NCBI GenBank assembly: GCA_038867615.1
Contig: JAWBYA010000001.1
Location: forward strand, 384,001-448,000
Source: Sulfolobales archaeon
GTDB lineage: Archaea > Thermoproteota > Thermoprotei_A > Sulfolobales > AG1
Direction of reading: 5' to 3'
Length of the DNA: 64,000 nucleotides
Under the pieces are notes generated by a model that ran no database searches, was not told the DNA's origin, and was given only the letters and a program-made list of their open reading frames with translations. Positions 58,499 through 64,000 of this stretch are shown here, in pieces (position 1 is the stretch's first letter; the number at the start of each line of letters is the position of its first letter). The translations under genes and the position numbers were made by a program.

Positions 58499-60325
58499 AT
58501 GCTGGTTATAGCTGTTATGAGTATAATAGGACCAGCAATACCCGGGCTCATACTAGTAGCCGAGGCCCAGGCGAGACCCAGGCTTAGCTTTGAAATGCTC
58601 TCCCTCCCATGGTTCCCTCTCTCAGATAAGGCTGCAGAGGTGGTTGCTGAGCAGCTGAAAAAAGTGGGTATAGAGATCAAGGTTGTTAAGCTAGAGTCCT
58701 CCGTAATGTATCCGAGGATCATGAATACCTTTGACTACGACTCCTTCGCACTAGCCGTATCCCAGAGCCCAGACCCTACTGGGATGCTTAACGCTATGCA
58801 TAGTAGAAACGCCATACCAGGCGGCTCTAACTACTGGGGCTATGCAAACCCCGAGGTGGATAGGCTTATAGATATGGTTCTAACTGCTAAGAGTGAGGAT
58901 GAGGCTAGGGAGCTGGCGTGGAAGGTTCAGGCAATGGTGGCTAATGGTCCATTCATACCGCTATATCTAAGCATAAATACACAGGTGATAAGGGCTGAGT
59001 GGAAGAACTATACATTGATGCCTGGAGGTATAGTAGAGGCTTATAATAGGTGGAGCCTGCTCTACATGTATAAATCCGATAAGCTTGAGGAGAATGTGTT
59101 TAGAATAGCCTTCCCCTCAGATATACTGAGCCTCAACCCATTCATGGCAACTGATCTGAGGTCCCTTTGGATCATATCCCAGATCTATGATCCCTTAGTA
59201 GCGCTCAGCCCAGACCTCAAACCAGTCCCCTGGCTAGCCGAGAGATGGGAGGTCTCGCAAGACGGGCTTAACTATACATTCTACCTGAGAAAAGGGGTTA
59301 AGTTCCACGACGGTTCAGAGCTGACCGCCGATGATGTGGTCTTCACATATAAATTCGGCATATCTAATAAAGCACCGAGATATCTGGGAGCAATAGCTGT
59401 TTTGATCAAGGATATAGTTAAGATCGATGACTACACGGTTAGGTTTATCCTGAAGGATCCATCGCCATTCTTCCTAGTAAGCCTGGCCACCAGCTTCCAG
59501 TTCATAGTTCCGAAAAAGATCTGGGAGAATCAGAACGTAACATGGGCTAACCCCAACCCAGTGGGGACAGGGCCTTTCAAGTTCGTGAGCAGAACTCCTG
59601 GAGAGAGCATTGTTCTAGAGAGGAATCCCGATTACTTCAAAGGAGCCCCAAAGATCTTCAGGGTTGTGATGAGGGTTATTCCAGAGGCAGAGACCAGGTA
59701 TTACTCAATAAAGAGAGGGGACGTCGATACCGAGAGGTATGCTACAAGCTTTAGCCTTATCCCCGATGCGGAGAAGGATCCCAACCTAAGGGTTGTGAAA
59801 ACCCCCGATATATGGCTCATCTATATAGCCTTCAACTATAGGAGATATAATGACACGAAGGTCTTTGAGGCTATCAACTACGCCCTCGATAGAGATGAGA
59901 TTATAAAGAGAGCCGCTGGAGGGTATGGAGTGCCTGTATATACTATACTTAATAAGGAGTGGCACGGTGGTTATGCAAACACAAACATAACGTTCAAATA
60001 CGATCCTGCGAAGGCGATCAAGATCCTGGAGGATGCAGGCTGGCTTCCAGGACCCGATGGGATAAGGATCTATGTGGGGAAGCAGCAGACAGCAACCCCG
60101 ACACCACAGACAACACCGCCCACCACGCCTACCACGACTCCAACTACGACTCCAACCACGCCTACACCGACTATAACGACACCACCGCCACAGACAACAC
60201 CAGCCCCTCCTGCAGCGCCTGGGGCAGCACCTGGTCAGGGTATGATTATTGCGATAGCTGTTGTGGCGATCATAATCATAGCGGCTATAGCTGCTATAAC
60301 AAGGATCCTTAGAAGGAGGTCGTAA
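58499..60325 (+). CDS. Peptide/nickel ABC substrate-binding protein (family 5), circularly permuted, with Pro/Thr linker and C-terminal anchor
   Basis: LAERWEVS.DG..YTFYLRKGVKFHDG, GTGPFK and YDPAKA motifs are present, but the usual C-terminal block comes first; the start may extend to ATT 58451. Confidence 0.88.
   Translation: MLVIAVMSIIGPAIPGLILVAEAQARPRLSFEMLSLPWFPLSDKAAEVVAEQLKKVGIEIKVVKLESSVMYPRIMNTFDYDSFALAVSQSPDPTGMLNAMHSRNAIPGGSNYWGYANPEVDRLIDMVLTAKSEDEARELAWKVQAMVANGPFIPLYLSINTQVIRAEWKNYTLMPGGIVEAYNRWSLLYMYKSDKLEENVFRIAFPSDILSLNPFMATDLRSLWIISQIYDPLVALSPDLKPVPWLAERWEVSQDGLNYTFYLRKGVKFHDGSELTADDVVFTYKFGISNKAPRYLGAIAVLIKDIVKIDDYTVRFILKDPSPFFLVSLATSFQFIVPKKIWENQNVTWANPNPVGTGPFKFVSRTPGESIVLERNPDYFKGAPKIFRVVMRVIPEAETRYYSIKRGDVDTERYATSFSLIPDAEKDPNLRVVKTPDIWLIYIAFNYRRYNDTKVFEAINYALDRDEIIKRAAGGYGVPVYTILNKEWHGGYANTNITFKYDPAKAIKILEDAGWLPGPDGIRIYVGKQQTATPTPQTTPPTTPTTTPTTTPTTPTPTITTPPPQTTPAPPAAPGAAPGQGMIIAIAVVAIIIIAAIAAITRILRRRS
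60085..60230 (+). repeat. Low-complexity Pro/Thr linker-encoding repeat (ACNACNCCN-like units)
   Basis: Encodes TATPTPQTTPPTTPTTTPTTTPTTPTPTITTPPPQTTP. Confidence 0.8.
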
Positions 60326-61302
60326 TGGGGTTCGCCTCCTATATATCCCGTAAGGCGGCCCAGCTGGCAGTAGTAATGGCTATAGGTATAATTGTGTCTT
60401 TTTTCATGTTCCGCCTACTCCCAGGAGATCCTACCGCGTCTCTTCTAGATCCGAGGCTGGATCCCGAGGCCAAGATCGAGATAATAAGGAGATTCGGTCT
60501 TGATAAACCGCTCTACGAGCAGTTTATCCTCTATATCACGAACATCCTCAGAGGGGATTTCGGGATCTCCTTCAGCTATACTGGTATGTCTGTCTCTGAG
60601 GTGATCTTTGGGCAGAGGCTCATAAACACCTTGGCCCTGATGTCAACGGGGATCGCGTTGTCAGCTGTTATAGGGACGTTACTGGGCTTAGCTATTGGCT
60701 GGAGATCTGGGGGTATTCTTGATAGAACCTTCACGGGGCTCCTATACATGGTATTCTCGGCCCCGGTGTTCTGGGTGGCCCTCCTCATACAGTTCTATCT
60801 AGGCTATCAGGCTGGCTTAATACCTATTAGTGGTACTTCATCGTATATAGGTGTTGATGTTGATTTCACCACATATCTAGCTGACTATATGTTGCACATG
60901 GTGGGTCCTGTAATAACCCTTGCCTTCTTCTTCATACCTAGCTATTATATATACATAAGGAATGTTGTCTCCAGTATGAAGGGCGAGGATTTCGTTGTTA
61001 CTCTAAGGGCTGTGGGGCTTAGCGAGAGGATCATTTTGGTGAGGCATATAGCGAGGCATGTGGCGATACACACGCTCACCATAACATCTAACCAGTCGCC
61101 TCTGCTTGTAACAGGGGCTGTCTTCACAGAAACCGTCTTTGGGTGGAACGGTATTGGGAGGCTTCTCTACGACTCTATCTTAAGGGCTGACTACCCGGTG
61201 CTTCAGGGGATATTTATTTTAACGATCCTTGTGGTTGTTATCACCAACATTGTTACTGATGTTATTTACTACATAATAGATCCGAGGATCAAGGTTAGGT
61301 GA
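60325..61302 (+). CDS. DppB/OppB-type ABC permease
   Basis: LPGDP, FGLDKPLYEQF, ETVFGWNGIG, DYPVLQG, DPRI. Confidence 0.92.
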   Translation: MGFASYISRKAAQLAVVMAIGIIVSFFMFRLLPGDPTASLLDPRLDPEAKIEIIRRFGLDKPLYEQFILYITNILRGDFGISFSYTGMSVSEVIFGQRLINTLALMSTGIALSAVIGTLLGLAIGWRSGGILDRTFTGLLYMVFSAPVFWVALLIQFYLGYQAGLIPISGTSSYIGVDVDFTTYLADYMLHMVGPVITLAFFFIPSYYIYIRNVVSSMKGEDFVVTLRAVGLSERIILVRHIARHVAIHTLTITSNQSPLLVTGAVFTETVFGWNGIGRLLYDSILRADYPVLQGIFILTILVVVITNIVTDVIYYIIDPRIKVR

Positions 61303-61308
61303 CCTGGC

Positions 61309-62142
61309 ATGAGGTCTTCAGACTCTGTGATAGCATCGCTAAGAGATCCAGCAATACTGGCTGGCTTGGTATCACTGCTGGCTATGATCATGCTCTCCTT
61401 AACAGGCTTACTGCTAACCCCATGGGATCCTAACCTGATCAGGGGAGATCCATTGAGCCCTCCCTCCCTAGCACATCCCCTAGGTACTGATGACATTGGT
61501 AGGGATGTTGCTGCCATGATCTATAGGGGGGTTCTTACATCGATATTCATAGGGGTTTCCGCAGCAATTGTTACAACGATCCTGGGGCTTGTGGTGGGGA
61601 TAATAGCATCGATATTCAGGGGCTTTGTAGACGCGACTATGATGAGGATTGTTGACTTCCTGCTAGCAACACCCTCCCTCGTCCTCGCATTAATACTAAT
61701 AGCATTTCTAAAGCCAAGCATATATAACGTGATACTCGTGCTCGCAATAACAGGCTGGCCCGGTGTTGCAAGGATAGTGAGGGCTCATTCGCTGCAAATC
61801 CTCTCAACAGGCTATGTGGAGGCAGCCAGAGCTCTGGGGGCGAGTTCGTGGCATATAGCGTTGAGACACCTAGTCCCGGCATCGATCCCCGTAACCCTGG
61901 CTGCTATAGTGACCACAACAAGGGCGGCTGTCCTGCTAGAAGCTGGGCTAGGCTTTCTAGGGCTGGGTGATCCTTCAACCATAAGTCTCGGAACAATCCT
62001 ATTCTATGCGAGAAGATCAGCAGCCCTCGCCTCAGGAGCATGGTGGGTCATAGTCCCTGCAGGGCTCCTCATAACAATCATAGTGTTCGCACTAACAATG
62101 ATCTCGATAGGGATGGAGAGCAGGACTTTAAAGAGGGGGTAG
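61309..62142 (+). CDS. DppC/OppC-type ABC permease
   Basis: HPLGTDDIGRD, EAA motif YVEAARALGAS, EAGLGFLGLG, WWVIVP. Confidence 0.92.
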   Translation: MRSSDSVIASLRDPAILAGLVSLLAMIMLSLTGLLLTPWDPNLIRGDPLSPPSLAHPLGTDDIGRDVAAMIYRGVLTSIFIGVSAAIVTTILGLVVGIIASIFRGFVDATMMRIVDFLLATPSLVLALILIAFLKPSIYNVILVLAITGWPGVARIVRAHSLQILSTGYVEAARALGASSWHIALRHLVPASIPVTLAAIVTTTRAAVLLEAGLGFLGLGDPSTISLGTILFYARRSAALASGAWWVIVPAGLLITIIVFALTMISIGMESRTLKRG

Positions 62143-62345
62143 GCTCTCGTTTTTATACGCTGCGAATTATCATGTATTGTCTAGATCTATATCCTCGTTA
62201 TCCACCTATGTTTAGCTCTACGCTAAACCACAGATAGATCGGGAAAACTACCTATATCCTATAGAGGGCTGTGATAGCTACTAGGCTACTAGATCTCTTG
62301 AGATATATTATGAGCATGCTAAGGAAATGATACAGGGTGCGTTGA

Positions 62346-63191
62346 TTGTACCATGTCTGCTTAACATTTGATTTCGACGCATACTCCCCCTGGATAGCTA
62401 GGAGGCTGACTAACTATACTAACCTATCTAGAGGTGAGTTCGCATCAATAGGGGTTAAGAGGATCCTCAAGCTATTGAGGGATCACAATATAGAGGCCAC
62501 CTTCTTCATTCCAGGCCATACCGCTGAGCATTTCCCAGAAGACGTGGGTTTAATAAAGGATCATGGGCATGAGGTTGCCCACCATGGCTATATACACGAG
62601 CCCCCGGAGACTCTGGGAGGTCCTGAGGAGGAGAGGAGAGTGATTGTAAAGGGGATCGAGGCTCTCAGGAAGACCGTTAATATAGTTCCCAAAGGCTATA
62701 GATCGCCCTCGTGGGCTTTGACGAAATATACACTCTCTATTCTGGAGGAGCATGGGTTGATCTATGACTCGAGCCTCATGGGTAATGACTATACACCGTA
62801 TAGGCCTCCGCTCTACCTTGAGGTGGATAGCGAGGGGAGAGTTGTTAAGGGGCCTCTCTCGAGGCTCGTAGAGATCCCGGTTCACTGGAGTCTTGATGAT
62901 TACCCGCACTTCGAGTATGTTAGGTTCCAGAGCTATGTGCTTCACGGACTATACTCTGTGAGTGATGTGCTTGAGAACTGGATCCTTAGTTTCGAATATA
63001 TGGTTAATAACATGGATGAAGGCGTTATAGTATATACATTCCACCCCGAGGTTGTTGGTAGAGGACATACAATGATCTTTCTTGAGAGACTAATAAGCCA
63101 TATCAAATCACATGTAAAGAAGGATAGGATAAGCTTCTCAAAAATGATCGATGTTGCCAACAAGTATAGAGAGAAGCTAGGGATAGTGTAG
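62346..63191 (+). CDS. Polysaccharide deacetylase (CE4, PgdA/PuuE-like)
   Basis: LTFDFD, ATFFIPG, HEVAHHGYIHE, GYRSP, YDSS, LDD, TFHPEVVG. Confidence 0.88.
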   Translation: MYHVCLTFDFDAYSPWIARRLTNYTNLSRGEFASIGVKRILKLLRDHNIEATFFIPGHTAEHFPEDVGLIKDHGHEVAHHGYIHEPPETLGGPEEERRVIVKGIEALRKTVNIVPKGYRSPSWALTKYTLSILEEHGLIYDSSLMGNDYTPYRPPLYLEVDSEGRVVKGPLSRLVEIPVHWSLDDYPHFEYVRFQSYVLHGLYSVSDVLENWILSFEYMVNNMDEGVIVYTFHPEVVGRGHTMIFLERLISHIKSHVKKDRISFSKMIDVANKYREKLGIV

Positions 63192-63400
63192 AGATCTTCA
63201 CAGCATATTCTATGGTTTTTCTTTGGGAAGCCTGGGTTTGTATTTGGGTAGGCTCTATACCTTTATCCAGGCTCGATCCCCTTCAGCGATCACCAGGACC
63301 TGGTTGGTAAGCTTCGTGTCTGTGGAGGCTGTTTCAAGGACTCTGTGGCTTTTATAGATAGCTATTTATACTTCAAAGCAATATAGTGTGGTGCAGCCAG

Positions 63401-64000
63401 TTGATTCCAAGGATCCTTGATCTCCCGAGGTTCAGGCTGATCAACACCATGTCGCCTCTCGAGAAGGCTGTTAATCTTAGCAAGGAGCTGGGCGTTGACC
63501 TCTATATTAAGAGAGACGATCTTTTGGAACTAGCGCTCGGAGGCAACAAGGTCAGGAAGCTCGAGTTCATCTTGGGAGACGCTCTTAGGAGGGGGTGCGA
63601 TACATTGATAACAACTGGGGCTGTTCACTCCAACCATGCTAGGCTTACCGCGGCTGCTGCTAGAAAGGCTGGGCTTGAGGCCTACCTGGTTCTCACACCC
63701 CCTGGTCCTAGAGATCCTAAGGGTAACCTGCTCCTCGACAGGCTTTTTGGTGCGAAGGTGATCTATGTTGATTCCCGTGAGGAGGCTGACGAGGCTATGG
63801 AGAGGCTTGCAAGGGATCTTGAGGGGAGGGGTAGGAAGCCATATATAGTTAGGCGTGGTGGTGCATCTCCCCAGGGGGTTATGGGCTATGCTTTGGCTGC
63901 ATACGAGATCTTGATGCAGGTTTATGGGCGGGGCATCAAACCCAACTATATTGTCCACGCGACAGGGACTGGGGCTACCCAGGCCGGGTTGATCCTTGGA
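63401..64000 (+). CDS. D-cysteine desulfhydrase / ACC deaminase-family PLP enzyme (runs off the window end)
   Basis: Hand translation from TTG 63401: ..LYIKRDDLLELALGGNKVRKLEFILGDA..GAVHSNHARLTAAAA..GNLLLDRLFGA..ATGTGATQAG. Confidence 0.9.
   Translation, partial: MIPRILDLPRFRLINTMSPLEKAVNLSKELGVDLYIKRDDLLELALGGNKVRKLEFILGDALRRGCDTLITTGAVHSNHARLTAAAARKAGLEAYLVLTPPGPRDPKGNLLLDRLFGAKVIYVDSREEADEAMERLARDLEGRGRKPYIVRRGGASPQGVMGYALAAYEILMQVYGRGIKPNYIVHATGTGATQAGLILG

Overview
Chromosomal window from a thermophilic archaeon, most likely Thermoproteota/Desulfurococcales-like. The basis is GGTGA-type ribosome-binding sites, TATA promoters, and Sm-like, RIO2 and DUF460 genes. It is densely coding and mainly catabolic. 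In order it holds: a decayed DHDPS-family/sugar-kinase unit; an SSS transporter; hemB-hemL-hemC-cobA; and a ~25 kb acyl-CoA island (11.5-36.5 kb). That island carries two LIV-type ABC systems, three acyl-CoA ligases, an SDR, a MaoC dehydratase, a hydroxyacyl-CoA dehydrogenase/hydratase fusion, an alpha/beta hydrolase, a FabH-like condensing enzyme, a Cys-less 4-hydroxybutyryl-CoA dehydratase homologue and a tandem TetR regulator. After it come TusA/YeeE, a complete hutUIGH set, two amidases, Sm-RIO2-DUF460-ComA-like genes, a small defence/toxin-antitoxin patch (solitary DNA methyltransferase, NTase pair, MNT-HEPN, orphan antitoxin) and a peptide ABC unit. I found no tRNA, rRNA, CRISPR array or transposase. 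The most notable observations are: (1) the FabH-like (Cys-His-His) acyl-CoA locus with no ACP, thiolase or acyl-CoA dehydrogenase, with a catalytically degenerate dehydrogenase domain and candidate palindromic operators for a double TetR; (2) a circularly permuted family-5 solute-binding protein; (3) an uncharacterised NTase plus small-protein pair in the defence patch; (4) strong GATC enrichment and a G/T-to-A/C gradient along transcription units. All calls come from motif recognition by eye; no database search was run.
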